Origin: a virus
Taxonomy: Duplodnaviria; Heunggongvirae; Uroviricota; Caudoviricetes
Direction: 5' to 3' (one strand)
DNA length: 48,452 bases
Virus record (IMG/VR): IMGVR_UViG_2718218453_000005
Shown: one piece after another, positions 23,075 through 32,132 of the stretch
Layout: each line of letters opens with the position of its first letter
How positions within the stretch are numbered: position 1 is the first letter of the stretch
Notes under the pieces: model-generated
The model's database searches: none
Told to the model about the DNA's origin: nothing
Seen by the model: the letters and a program-made list of their open reading frames with translations, nothing else
Position numbers and translations under genes: made by a program

Positions 23075-24143
23075 CACTCCTTACTCTGGCATCAACCACA
23101 TTAATATTGATCGCCACAGGCTGGGGATGTTCATTATCTTCCACCGTTTCGATCTCTTTGCGCAGCTTCTGGTTTTCCATTCTGCGCCGTTCAATTTCCA
23201 GTTCCTGTAGCCGCTTATCTGCACATAAAGCCCCGCCAGCAGAAAACAAACGCAACAATTCACGCCGGGCGGCAGCCTTATCCTCCAGCAGGATCTCAAC
23301 GCCGAATTTTCCGAATTTTGCCCCTGCATATAATTGCCGCGCATCCCCATCAAGCAGAGTGGTATCAGCCATATAAAGCTGTCCCGTTCCCTCACCGCAG
23401 CACTTCGGGCAGTCCGGATTGGGTATGGCGTTATCAACAAAGCCGAGGCCTCCATATTCCGGTTCGGGTTTGCCATCTCTGGAAGCCTGCGCCGCTGCCT
23501 TGTCGAATTCTGCTATATCGCGCCACTGGTAGAGATGATTCTCGCCCCAGCAATAACGGCAGTTAACACGGCGAAATTGTGCAAGCTGATTGGGGTCGGC
23601 CAGGACAATAGCCATCAACTGACTCACTAGTAAATCCAGGTCTGCGGTATAGCGTTTCTGGTACTGATTGCGGAAGTAGCTGATAGCGCGAAAAACCCTG
23701 GCATTTCTAAGCATACGACTGGCGTTGCTGTTAGCTGTCGCACCTTGCCCCTCATAACCGGCTAGTCGGTACGCCTCTGTCGGCTTTTTACCCTGAGCAA
23801 CAAGCATTGCAAACTTAACCTGCTGGTCAGAAATGCCGAATTCATCGGGACAGAACGAAAATTCCTCCGCGTCGCCCTCATTCAGGCCCGCATCGAATAC
23901 TGGCTTTTTTTCCTGAGATTTTTCGTTCCGCTTTTGTGCAGTCTGCGCAGATTTTTTCTGCGCACTTTTTTGCGCAGTTTTGCACATTTCTGTCTGCGCA
24001 TTTTTCGGAGTTTTTTTGATGTAACGACGGGCTGTTGCGTAATTCAGTCCCCTTGCTTCACACCATGCCACCGGAGATATACCGGAGCGGGTGTATTCAG
24101 CAATATACTCCTGCTGCAACGCCCCCCAGTCCGGTCTGCTCAT
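23049..24143 (-). CDS. terminase small subunit
   Basis: N-terminal HTH-like GISPVAWCEARGLNYATARRYIKK, Lys/Gln-rich linker, immediately upstream of and overlapping TerL. Confidence 0.7.
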   Translation of the reverse strand: MSRPDWGALQQEYIAEYTRSGISPVAWCEARGLNYATARRYIKKTPKNAQTEMCKTAQKSAQKKSAQTAQKRNEKSQEKKPVFDAGLNEGDAEEFSFCPDEFGISDQQVKFAMLVAQGKKPTEAYRLAGYEGQGATANSNASRMLRNARVFRAISYFRNQYQKRYTADLDLLVSQLMAIVLADPNQLAQFRRVNCRYCWGENHLYQWRDIAEFDKAAAQASRDGKPEPEYGGLGFVDNAIPNPDCPKCCGEGTGQLYMADTTLLDGDARQLYAGAKFGKFGVEILLEDKAAARRELLRLFSAGGALCADKRLQELEIERRRMENQKLRKEIETVEDNEHPQPVAININVVDARVRSDEDDLSDA

Positions 24144-24146
24144 CAG

Positions 24147-24398
24147 TTAGTCCTGATTTTTATCCACCCTGAGTAGTTCGCGCAGAGCAAAGGCATCCCC
24201 TTTTCTGGCAAGCTTAAACAATGCCGCTCGTAACTCGGCTTCACCTTTCGCTCTGCCCTTACGGATGGCCGCATAAAAATCTGTCATTGCTTCCCGATTT
24301 TCTTTCAGTCGGTTCAGATCAACATCCAGAACGTCAGCGATTTGTTGTGCAGTCATCCGGCACGCTGCCAGAGACTCGACTTTCGAATACGGAATCAT
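24147..24398 (-). CDS. small HTH-like protein upstream of terminase
   Basis: 83 aa, ATG with GGGGTGA SD; overlaps 3' end of upstream gene by 65 nt. Confidence 0.4.
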   Translation of the reverse strand: MIPYSKVESLAACRMTAQQIADVLDVDLNRLKENREAMTDFYAAIRKGRAKGEAELRAALFKLARKGDAFALRELLRVDKNQD

Positions 24399-25266
24399 TT
24401 GTCACCCCCATTGATATGCAGGGTGTCTTCTTCCTGTATTTTTCGTGAAGGATTTTTACTGCAGCGTTGTTCCAGGTGACCTGATGGTGAATGCGTTTAT
24501 GGCTGGCACCCATCAGTGAGATTTTTACGCACGACGGCGCATACATGACGGAGTAAAAACTTTTAACGTAGGTTCCGGAATCCAGATACAGCTCGGTCAT
24601 TCCGCCGCTGTTTTTCTGCGTCTGTTTCTGCCCTAACTGGACAGCACCGATCGTCATAAACAATTCACCACAGCGACCGAGATTCGTGTACGTATTCACA
24701 TCCTCGTTAATGCGCCCCATGAATGAGAACGGTCGATCAACCGAACAGATAAAGCTGTTCATTGCCTTGCGTTTCACCCACGAAGCATGGCCGCCATTGT
24801 CACCAAGAAAATCCCCGCCCTGCGACATAGCGATGGAAAGAGCAGGTATTGATTCGTAGTACGCCAGCATTTCAGAAAGGATCGCATCCAGTTTCCTTAT
24901 CGGAAAATAGGCCTGGTCATAGTTGCGATCCACCCGAAACTGGAACTCGTGATAATCATCATCGAGCTGAATGAAGTATTTACACCCGACCAGTTTTGCC
25001 AGGTCGAAACAGGCATTACGGGCGTAAAAAATTGAGCGGCGGTCACAGAAATTATCGGCTTCGTCAAAACGACTGGCGATATCGGCTTTGGAAAACACCA
25101 GCACCTGTTCACCAAATTCAGCCATGTACTGATGCCGTGTCTTATCTTCATCATCAACAACGATAAAAATTTTCCCGGTATAGCCAGCACGACGCAACGT
25201 CCGGTAAGTCAGAACTTTGTCCGGTCGCCCGTGAGTCAGAATAAAGGCGCAAAAATCATCACGCAT
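24334..25266 (-). CDS. DxD-motif protein, possible GT-A-fold glycosyltransferase-like enzyme (function unknown)
   Basis: trimmed to ATG at MRDDFCAFILTHGRPD with GAGGAGGAGG SD; motifs IFIVVDDED and IQLDDDYHEF; ATG overlaps ParB-like stop (ATGCGTGA). Confidence 0.6.
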   Translation of the reverse strand: MRDDFCAFILTHGRPDKVLTYRTLRRAGYTGKIFIVVDDEDKTRHQYMAEFGEQVLVFSKADIASRFDEADNFCDRRSIFYARNACFDLAKLVGCKYFIQLDDDYHEFQFRVDRNYDQAYFPIRKLDAILSEMLAYYESIPALSIAMSQGGDFLGDNGGHASWVKRKAMNSFICSVDRPFSFMGRINEDVNTYTNLGRCGELFMTIGAVQLGQKQTQKNSGGMTELYLDSGTYVKSFYSVMYAPSCVKISLMGASHKRIHHQVTWNNAAVKILHEKYRKKTPCISMGVTNDSVFESRVSGSVPDDCTTNR

Positions 25267-26050
25267 ATTCCTCCTCCTCACCACCATGCATGATCTCCAC
25301 CATGCGCTGCGTCATCCGGACAAATCCATTTTCAATAGCCTGCTGATAATCAATGATCACCAGCGCCGACTCCTCGAAAAAACACTGAATTTCAGAGGGG
25401 GCGTGAGCGTAATAGTCCGCAATTCTGCTGAAATTAAACACCGTGTGACGTTCTGCCGCACACAGGAGGAATTTCTCAATATCAGGCTCAAGGGACGCCG
25501 AACGTATCCGGCTGATCAGCTCCTGAGTTTTCGTATCGTCGTACAGTTCACTGATATCCGGTTTACCGCCCGACGGCTCATAAACAGGCGTATCAATTTT
25601 CGTCGTATACGGCTCCTCCTCATTTCCTGTACCGGGCAAAACATCCGTCAACAGTTCATCAATTTCTGTCGGGATGAAGCCTGTCAGGGAGACATCAAAA
25701 TCAGCATTGATTAGGTCCGACAGCTCCATCCGCAACAGATCTTCATCCCAGCCAGCATTCATCGGCAGGCGATTATCTGCCAGGCGGTACGCCTTTTTCT
25801 GCTCATCCGTCAGGCCAGACAGAACAATGACCGGAACAGAATCCATTTTGAGCATTTCAGCCGCCATAACACGACCGTGACCCGCAATAATTTCGCCCTT
25901 TTCGTCAATCAGCACCGGATTAGTCCAGCCGAATTGCTTAATACTTTCTACCAGTTGTGCCACCTGCTCAGTACTGTGCGTCCTGGCGTTGTGCGCATAC
26001 GGTGACAATTCTTGTAATGGGCGATAGACTATCTTTAATTTCTCGCTCAT
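25259..26050 (-). CDS. ParB N-terminal-like (ParB/Srx) nuclease domain protein
   Basis: 263 aa; N-terminal region with GHGR motif (IIAGHGRVMAA) typical of ParB/sulfiredoxin fold; acidic C-terminus. Confidence 0.7.
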   Translation of the reverse strand: MSEKLKIVYRPLQELSPYAHNARTHSTEQVAQLVESIKQFGWTNPVLIDEKGEIIAGHGRVMAAEMLKMDSVPVIVLSGLTDEQKKAYRLADNRLPMNAGWDEDLLRMELSDLINADFDVSLTGFIPTEIDELLTDVLPGTGNEEEPYTTKIDTPVYEPSGGKPDISELYDDTKTQELISRIRSASLEPDIEKFLLCAAERHTVFNFSRIADYYAHAPSEIQCFFEESALVIIDYQQAIENGFVRMTQRMVEIMHGGEEEEYA

Positions 26051-26066
26051 ACAGCCTTGCTTTATG

Positions 26067-26101
26067 AATAAAACGCACCCCAGCAGCCAGTGCTACTGGG
26101 G
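26067..26101 (-). terminator. terminator-like hairpin downstream of trkG
   Basis: minus strand CCCCAG-12nt loop-CTGGGG followed by TGCGTTTTATT. Confidence 0.4.
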
Positions 26102-26187
26102 ACGGAGGTGTTGCTGGTAAAGTTAGGTATTGGATCAATGAGTGAGTCAACATAATATTAAACTCACAATTATAAATCAGCCATATA

Positions 26188-27645
26188 TTAGGAGCGCCAA
26201 AAAAAACCTGAAAACAATATAATAACAGGATAAATTTCAAGGCGACCAAGAATCATAGCTATGCACATTAAACATTTTGCAATGTCATTAAGCACTCCGA
26301 ATGACGATGCAGTAGCCCCAAAACCTAATCCCATATTATTAATACATGCAGCCACTGTTGCAAATGATGTAAGAAAATCATATCCCATACCATTTAACAC
26401 CAGTATAAAAAACACCGTGAAGAGAGTATAAAGAAAAAAGAAACTCCATACAGACCTCATTACACGATCTGTAACTATCTTCCCTCCTACATTTACACTC
26501 AACAACGCTCTGGGATGAGAAAGCTGATTTATCTCGTGTTTGCTTTGTTTGAAAAGTATAAGAAATCGAAGTGACTTAATTCCACCACAAGTTGAACCTA
26601 TACATCCCCCAAAGAAACTTGACAACAGCAAAAACACTATCGTGTGCGTGGGCCAACTTGCATAATCCTGCGTAGCTAAACCATTATCAGTGAGCATGGA
26701 GCTGGCAAGAAAAAACGAATGAATAAAACTTCCATGCAAGTCATACATACCTATATGCCAGACCTGGAAAGAGGTAACAATGATCACCCCTAAGGCTATT
26801 AACAGAAAGAAACGAAGTTCAATATCTCTGATTAAAGGTTTTATCGTTTTCCTGCTAATAACAATATACCAAAGAGTGAAGTTGAAAGCCGATAGCAGGG
26901 AAAAAGAACCAGCCACCAGCTCAACCAAATAGTTATTAAAATATCCGATACTCTCGCTATGAGTTGAGAAACCACCAAGCGAAACTGTGGAAATCCCGTG
27001 ACAAATAGCATCAAACAAAGGCATTCCTGCAAGTCTATAACAGACAATACAAGCAATACCTAATAAAGAATAAGTTATCCACAGTGTCCGTGACGTATCG
27101 GCCAGGCGGGGAGTGAGTTTGTCATCCTTAAATGGCCCCGGCATTTCTGACTGATAAAGCTTTGCACCACCAATACCCAATAATGGCAATACAGCAACCG
27201 CCAGAACAATAACTCCTAAACCACCTATAAAATTTAACTGTGACCGATAGTACAAATATGCCCGAGGTAATGAACTAACATCATCAATTACAGTTGCTCC
27301 TGTTGTTGTTATTCCAGAAACCCCTTCAAACAGAGCATCAATGAACGTTAAATTAAGTTCTGAGTCAATCCATAAAGGGAATGCACTAATAACAGAAAAC
27401 AAAATCCAAAACATTACAATTATAATAAACCCATCACGGGTACGTAATTGAATGCCAGATTTCTTAGTTGTATACCACGCTCCGCCACCAATGCAAAAAA
27501 ATATAACGAAAGTTATAAAGAAAACGAACAGGCTTTTTTCTTTATAAAACAATGCTACAACCATTGGTGGCAACATTGAAAGACTATAGAGCCAAACCAG
27601 GAACCCACACATATGAGTAACAACTCTTACATGAGATGTATTCAT
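26188..27645 (-). CDS. trkG: Trk-system potassium uptake protein TrkG
   Basis: 485 aa from first ATG (MNTSHVRVVTHMCGF...); polytopic membrane protein matching K-12 Rac TrkG as recalled; AT-rich codon usage. Confidence 0.9.
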   Translation of the reverse strand: MNTSHVRVVTHMCGFLVWLYSLSMLPPMVVALFYKEKSLFVFFITFVIFFCIGGGAWYTTKKSGIQLRTRDGFIIIVMFWILFSVISAFPLWIDSELNLTFIDALFEGVSGITTTGATVIDDVSSLPRAYLYYRSQLNFIGGLGVIVLAVAVLPLLGIGGAKLYQSEMPGPFKDDKLTPRLADTSRTLWITYSLLGIACIVCYRLAGMPLFDAICHGISTVSLGGFSTHSESIGYFNNYLVELVAGSFSLLSAFNFTLWYIVISRKTIKPLIRDIELRFFLLIALGVIIVTSFQVWHIGMYDLHGSFIHSFFLASSMLTDNGLATQDYASWPTHTIVFLLLSSFFGGCIGSTCGGIKSLRFLILFKQSKHEINQLSHPRALLSVNVGGKIVTDRVMRSVWSFFFLYTLFTVFFILVLNGMGYDFLTSFATVAACINNMGLGFGATASSFGVLNDIAKCLMCIAMILGRLEIYPVIILFSGFFWRS

Positions 27646-27782
27646 ATCTAAATATTCTTTCAATTATAACCACCTTGCTGCAATATTATGATTATACTGT
27701 ATAAAATTTAACTCCTCTTAGATCTTACTTCACTGTTCCTTATGAAACAATCATCAAAATGAATCATATTGTAGTTAAGATT

Positions 27783-28247
27783 TTACTTTAAACACTGCTC
27801 GGTTATGTATTGCTGAGCACCTTCAAGTTGGGCCTGCATCATTACCAGTCGTTCCCGGAGGGTGAAATAATCCCGTTCAGCGGTGTCTGCCAGTCGGGGG
27901 GAGGCTGCATTATCCACGCCGGAGGCGGTGGTGGCTTCACGCACTGACTGACAGACTGCTTTGATGTGCAACCGACGACGACCAGCGGCAACATCATCAC
28001 GCAGAGCATCATTTTCAGCTTTCGCATCAGCTAACTCCTTCGTGTATTTTGCATCGAGCGCAGCAACATCACGCTGACGCATCTGCATGTCAGTAATTGC
28101 CGCGTTCGCCAGCTTCAGTTCTCTGGCATTTTTGTCGCGCTGTTCTTTGTAGGCGATGGCGTTATCACGGTAATGATTAACACCCCATGACAGGCAGACG
28201 ACGATGCAGATAACCAGAGCGGAGATAATCGCGGTTACTCTGCTCAT
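27783..28247 (-). CDS. Rz: i-spanin Rz
   Basis: 154 aa, N-terminal TM helix, coiled-coil periplasmic domain; lambda Rz-like; overlaps R stop. Confidence 0.85.
   Translation of the reverse strand: MSRVTAIISALVICIVVCLSWGVNHYRDNAIAYKEQRDKNARELKLANAAITDMQMRQRDVAALDAKYTKELADAKAENDALRDDVAAGRRRLHIKAVCQSVREATTASGVDNAASPRLADTAERDYFTLRERLVMMQAQLEGAQQYITEQCLK
27842..28027 (-). CDS. Rz1: o-spanin Rz1 (lipoprotein, embedded in Rz +1 frame)
   Basis: 61 aa; MLPLVVVGC lipobox, [15 protein letters not shown] proline-rich, as lambda Rz1. Confidence 0.85.
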   Translation of the reverse strand: MRKLKMMLCVMMLPLVVVGCTSKQSVSQCVKPPPPPAWIMQPPPDWQTPLNGIISPSGNDW

Positions 28248-28720
28248 ACCTCAATCTCTCTGACCGTTCCGCCAGCTTCTTTGAATTTTGCAATCAGACT
28301 GTCAGCCTTATGCTCGAACTGACCATAACCAGCGCCCGGCAGTGAAGCCCATATATTGCTGCAACGGTCGATAGCCTGACGGATATCACCGCGATCAATC
28401 ATCGGCAAAGCGCCACGCTCTTTAATCTGCTGCAGCGCTACAGCATCCTGACTTTCTGGAGAAAAATCTTTCAGGCCAAGTTGCTTGCGGTAGGCATCCC
28501 ACCAGCGTGAAAGAAGCTGGTAACGTCCAGCGGCTGTTGATTTGAGTTTCGGATTTAGCGTGACAAGTTTGCGGGGGTGATCGGAGTAATCAGTGAACAG
28601 TTCGCCACCGACAATAACATCATAACCGTGATTTCTGGTTTTCTGCCGTCCGTTATCTGTTCCTTCTGACCATGCCACCATATCAAGGAAAGCTTTACGC
28701 TGGGAATTAAGTGTCTGCAT
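28244..28720 (-). CDS. R: endolysin, lambda R-type lytic transglycosylase
   Basis: 158 aa; [48 protein letters not shown]... near-identical to lambda R as recalled. Confidence 0.9.
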   Translation of the reverse strand: MQTLNSQRKAFLDMVAWSEGTDNGRQKTRNHGYDVIVGGELFTDYSDHPRKLVTLNPKLKSTAAGRYQLLSRWWDAYRKQLGLKDFSPESQDAVALQQIKERGALPMIDRGDIRQAIDRCSNIWASLPGAGYGQFEHKADSLIAKFKEAGGTVREIEV

Positions 28721-28723
28721 TAA

Positions 28724-29065
28724 TTACTCCTTATGGGCACCGAACTTGTTACCGATGACCCTCATTGCCGCACCACGAATAGCATCAACACCAATCAGCC
28801 CCACCCCACCACCAATGGCAACAGAAAGTGATTTAGGCCATCCGACATACTCAAGCGCGGATGCAAAGGTCAGCGTCAGAGCACCACAAAGCAGAATCTC
28901 AAGCGTTTTTCGTTTCCAGCCGCCGCCACCGCCAAAATAGGCAATGCGCAAACCAGCCATAATAATTGACATAACCACTGCACCCAGCGGCGTATCTCCA
29001 CGCCACCAACTTTGTAAGAGTTCCAGTAAGTCAGGCCAGGAATGAGGGGCATTGTGCATTTTCAT
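28724..29065 (-). CDS. holin
   Basis: trimmed to first ATG (MKMHNAP..., ORF-track start is GTG); MKM dual-start-like motif, hydrophobic helices, charged C-terminus; GGAGGTGAGG SD; directly upstream of R. Confidence 0.7.
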   Translation of the reverse strand: MKMHNAPHSWPDLLELLQSWWRGDTPLGAVVMSIIMAGLRIAYFGGGGGWKRKTLEILLCGALTLTFASALEYVGWPKSLSVAIGGGVGLIGVDAIRGAAMRVIGNKFGAHKE

Positions 29066-29159
29066 AAGCCTCACCTCCGAGAGTTCGGATGGTGCTAAGT
29101 GTAAGATTCAGGCTCTCAGGCTTGCTAACAAGAAGTCGAGGATGTTTCCGGAGCCTAAC

Positions 29160-29188
29160 AACGAAAAAGCCCCGGGACATGCCGGGGC
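29160..29188 (-). terminator. rho-independent terminator downstream of membrane-protein moron
   Basis: minus strand GCCCCGG-loop-CCGGGGC followed by TTTTT. Confidence 0.5.
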
Positions 29189-29282
29189 CAGATGGAGTGC
29201 CAGATTAAGCTTCTGGCGGTATATACTCGTGTTTGATATCGTTAAATCGCCAAAAGTAACAATTCAAACAAAGAGGATTTTT

Positions 29283-29444
29283 ATGTCTGAAAAAAACAAA
29301 CCACAAGGTGAAAATAAACCTCAGCAACCCGTGGCACCAAAACCAACTCCAACACAAAGTACTACAGACTTTGCTACACGTCGTGTTTTTGTTGGAGATT
29401 CTGCCGACTCAGTCATTGAACATATAAAAAAACAGCCGAGATAA
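29283..29444 (+). CDS. small hypothetical protein (53 aa), Pro/Gln-rich
   Basis: ATG with AAGAGGA SD 6 nt upstream; MSEKNKPQGENKPQQPVAPKPTPTQ...; convergent with and overlapping 3' end of 29413..29982 gene. Confidence 0.4.
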   Translation: MSEKNKPQGENKPQQPVAPKPTPTQSTTDFATRRVFVGDSADSVIEHIKKQPR

Positions 29445-29982
29445 ACATCGCCGCTACCGGAGCAAGGATGGTATACATCCTTGCTTTATCGAGACTCGTG
29501 CGGATTTTCTCATTTTCCAACAGTAACTCTCTTGCTGTATCACTCAAGTCAACAAGGCGATACCTTCGTATAAGCGGCAATAACTTATCAGGTCCTAAAT
29601 ATCCTGCATCAGCGAATATTTTAAAGCTCGAGGGCTCCATATCCTTATATTTTTCATGATATAGATGATCAGGAGGGGCATTGATCAGGCCCCTAACCTT
29701 CACAGATAAACCAGTACATACCAAGTAAATGGCGCACCATGTCCATAGTAATGTAAATGTGGTAATTCCGGCGGTGAGAAAATCGAAATTAGTTTTCTGT
29801 GTCAGCAATAAAAAAGATGAACCAATTCCAACAATCTGAATGTTCAGAAGTTTGTATCCATTCTCAACATTGGTTTTGTTAGAAAGATGAATCTCTCGTA
29901 TCGTCTCTTCCCCTTGTTTTTCAAGATAATCGACGAGCTCATCATCTACTCCTAAAAAATAATCTTTAGGTAGTTCTCTCAT
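29413..29982 (-). CDS. hypothetical membrane protein (moron in Q-S slot)
   Basis: 189 aa, ATG with GGAGGTG SD, three predicted TM helices, AT-rich, located between tR'-like terminator and holin. Confidence 0.65.
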   Translation of the reverse strand: MRELPKDYFLGVDDELVDYLEKQGEETIREIHLSNKTNVENGYKLLNIQIVGIGSSFLLLTQKTNFDFLTAGITTFTLLWTWCAIYLVCTGLSVKVRGLINAPPDHLYHEKYKDMEPSSFKIFADAGYLGPDKLLPLIRRYRLVDLSDTARELLLENEKIRTSLDKARMYTILAPVAAMFISAVFLYVQ

Positions 29983-30087
29983 CTCACCTCCACATCCTGT
30001 ACTGAAAACAATTTTACCAGAATGTCTCGATTCTAGGTATTCCGCCAGGAATCGCGCTCCAGAAATGAAACATCAGGTTCGCCAGTA

Positions 30088-30120
30088 CCAGAAACAACAA
30101 AACCCGCTCAATGGCGGGTT
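30088..30120 (-). terminator. tR'-like terminator downstream of Q-like gene
   Basis: minus strand AACCCGC-CATTGA-GCGGGTT followed by TTTGTTGTTT, about 85 nt after Q-like stop. Confidence 0.6.
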
Positions 30121-30203
30121 CTGGTAAAGTTCATGCGCTTGGTTCGCCTCGCGATACAGCTTTGCGAAGCATACCGGAATTGAAGCAGTTTATGCGTAAA
30201 AAA

Positions 30204-30746
30204 TCAAGCTATTTTTTGAGCAAATGATTCTCGCATGGGAATATATAGGGCATACTCAGCAACAGCCAACCAATTAGCAATTCGCTTTTCGCATGTGCTA
30301 AAACACCACTCAGGATGTGCATCATTTAGCAATTCAGCCATTTTGCGCTTAGTCATCCCCCGTCCTTCATACCGTTGCCGGAGGACACTAATCAATCCAG
30401 GATGCTCTGCCAGCACCTCACTTATGACTCTATCAATACATAACGCCTCTGCATCAGTACAATGCGCCAGCCAGCTCTTTTGCTTGCCGTTGATCATCTC
30501 TCGCAAAAACGCTTCCAGCTCAGCTTTCTCTATTCCCGCTTTTTTCATTCTGCGCAGGGCTTCATTGATGGCTGTTTTCGTCAATTTTTTGGATGCCAAC
30601 AACTGATTGAACATATTTCCTGACCTGCCACCGCCAATATACGACCAGCGCCCCCACATACGCAGTTTGCCCTGAATCCAGACACTTTCCAGCGTGGCGA
30701 GACGAAGGTGTTCTCCGCTTTTTCCTGTATTCGTTGGGTAAATCAC
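30204..30746 (-). CDS. putative late-gene antitermination protein Q
   Basis: 181 aa from GTG with GGAGGG SD, start overlaps ybcO-like stop (GTGA); position immediately before terminator and lysis genes; sequence family assignment from memory only. Confidence 0.5.
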   Translation of the reverse strand: MIYPTNTGKSGEHLRLATLESVWIQGKLRMWGRWSYIGGGRSGNMFNQLLASKKLTKTAINEALRRMKKAGIEKAELEAFLREMINGKQKSWLAHCTDAEALCIDRVISEVLAEHPGLISVLRQRYEGRGMTKRKMAELLNDAHPEWCFSTCEKRIANWLAVAEYALYIPMRESFAQKIA

Positions 30747-31033
30747 AAATATCCCTCCTTTCTCCAGATTTCTTGTGTGCGAAAAACACCTTCTGCATGC
30801 ATCAGGCGTAATTCTTCTTTGGTGTAATCGCTGGTTTTTACCCGCCCGTCGATTAGATCGTGGCATGAGCTACAGGCAATCGCCGCCTGCATATCGTGTG
30901 GTTTTGTCGCTGTTCCGCACGTTCCCGCCAGTCGGTAATGCGCCAGCACAGACGTTTCCGGATCATGATTGCAGTAGCCAGGAATTCTGACGGTGCACAT
31001 CTGCCCCCGCGCCGCTTTACGTAAATCCACCAT
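30743..31033 (-). CDS. YbcO-like protein (DUF1364, putative nuclease)
   Basis: 96 aa; LRKAARGQMCTVRIPGYCNHDPETSVLAHYRLAG...IACSSCHD resembles DLP12 YbcO as recalled; Cys/His cluster. Confidence 0.7.
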   Translation of the reverse strand: MVDLRKAARGQMCTVRIPGYCNHDPETSVLAHYRLAGTCGTATKPHDMQAAIACSSCHDLIDGRVKTSDYTKEELRLMHAEGVFRTQEIWRKEGYL

Positions 31034-31632
31034 TACGCAAACTCCAGCAGCTGCGCGGTCACATTTTCGACTTGTTCCGGAGAGGAAAATTTACGGAACA
31101 GAATCCAGTTCCACAGCACATTCAGAACAGATTTATAAACCTGCTGAAACTCGGTTTCGTCCATATTCGCAAAAGCGATGGATTTCGCCCGACGCCCATG
31201 GCTACCATCAGGATAAAGATGCTCGGTGTAAAATCCGGCCTGAATGGTTACCCACTCGCGGAAAGCCTCAAACGACTTTAGCAATGCCGTATCCCGGGTT
31301 CTGCGTGTCGCAACTGTATTCAGATATTGCTCTGCGGCTTCGCTCAGAGCTGGCGTATGTTCCCGGCCTACTGATTCACATAGGTAATCAACGAATCCTG
31401 AAACCAGCTTTCGTTCGCGAGGCGTGATCGCCCCACCGACCGGAGTCCAGTAATCGAATCCCAGTTGCAGGAGTTTGAAAAAACGCTTGTGGAATGCGTA
31501 GTTACGCACACGCTTAAAGTCTGCGTGTATCCACTCGCCTATTTTGATTTGATGCAAAAAATCGCAACTCTCCGGCGTCGCCGGGAGAAGTAGTCCAGAA
31601 GAGGTTTGTTTGACCAGTTGTATATGCGCCAT
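31033..31632 (-). CDS. nin-region phage protein of unknown function (DUF1367-like)
   Basis: 199 aa, ATG start, stop overlaps ybcO-like start (TAATG). Confidence 0.65.
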   Translation of the reverse strand: MAHIQLVKQTSSGLLLPATPESCDFLHQIKIGEWIHADFKRVRNYAFHKRFFKLLQLGFDYWTPVGGAITPRERKLVSGFVDYLCESVGREHTPALSEAAEQYLNTVATRRTRDTALLKSFEAFREWVTIQAGFYTEHLYPDGSHGRRAKSIAFANMDETEFQQVYKSVLNVLWNWILFRKFSSPEQVENVTAQLLEFA

Positions 31633-31910
31633 TTCTCAATCTCTCGATGGCGCAGTGCAGCAGATGCCAGTTGTTCAGGCTGGCGAATAAAGTATAAATA
31701 AACTGGCTATGGTGTAAAGCTCCACATAACATGAACAAACACTACATATCAAATAGCTGATACAAGGATAGAAATACAACACTTATTATTAAAAACGATT
31801 AGATAAATTACATTTTAATGTTATGAAAAAGTTCTTTTTTATCATAACATTTCAACAAAAGCATTACAGATGCACATCCCGTCATCATCAATTATTTAAG
31901 GTGGTTAAAC

Positions 31911-31997
31911 ATGGAAAATAACAACTATGCACATCTCGCTCCTTTTTTATCCGTAATCCTTTTCGCTGGCTGTTTTATATGGGCATTATTTTTATAA
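31911..31997 (+). CDS. putative small hydrophobic peptide (28 aa)
   Basis: AAGGTGG SD 6 nt before ATG; MENNNYAHLAPFLSVILFAGCFIWALFL; in AT-rich intergenic region; below ORF-track cutoff. Confidence 0.4.
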   Translation: MENNNYAHLAPFLSVILFAGCFIWALFL

Positions 31998-32070
31998 AGT
32001 AGCCGCATGATTAGTTTCTGGAATCATGTTTCCCACTCAAATCATTAACATTTGATAAGATATATCTAAA

Positions 32071-32132
32071 AGGATGCCTTTACATTATTTGATGCGTATA
32101 TGATTTATTTATATGCACAGTAAAGGCATCCT
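32071..32132. repeat. 13-bp perfect inverted repeat (AGGATGCCTTTAC / GTAAAGGCATCCT) separated by 36 bp
   Basis: read directly from sequence; in AT-rich non-coding region. Confidence 0.6.
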
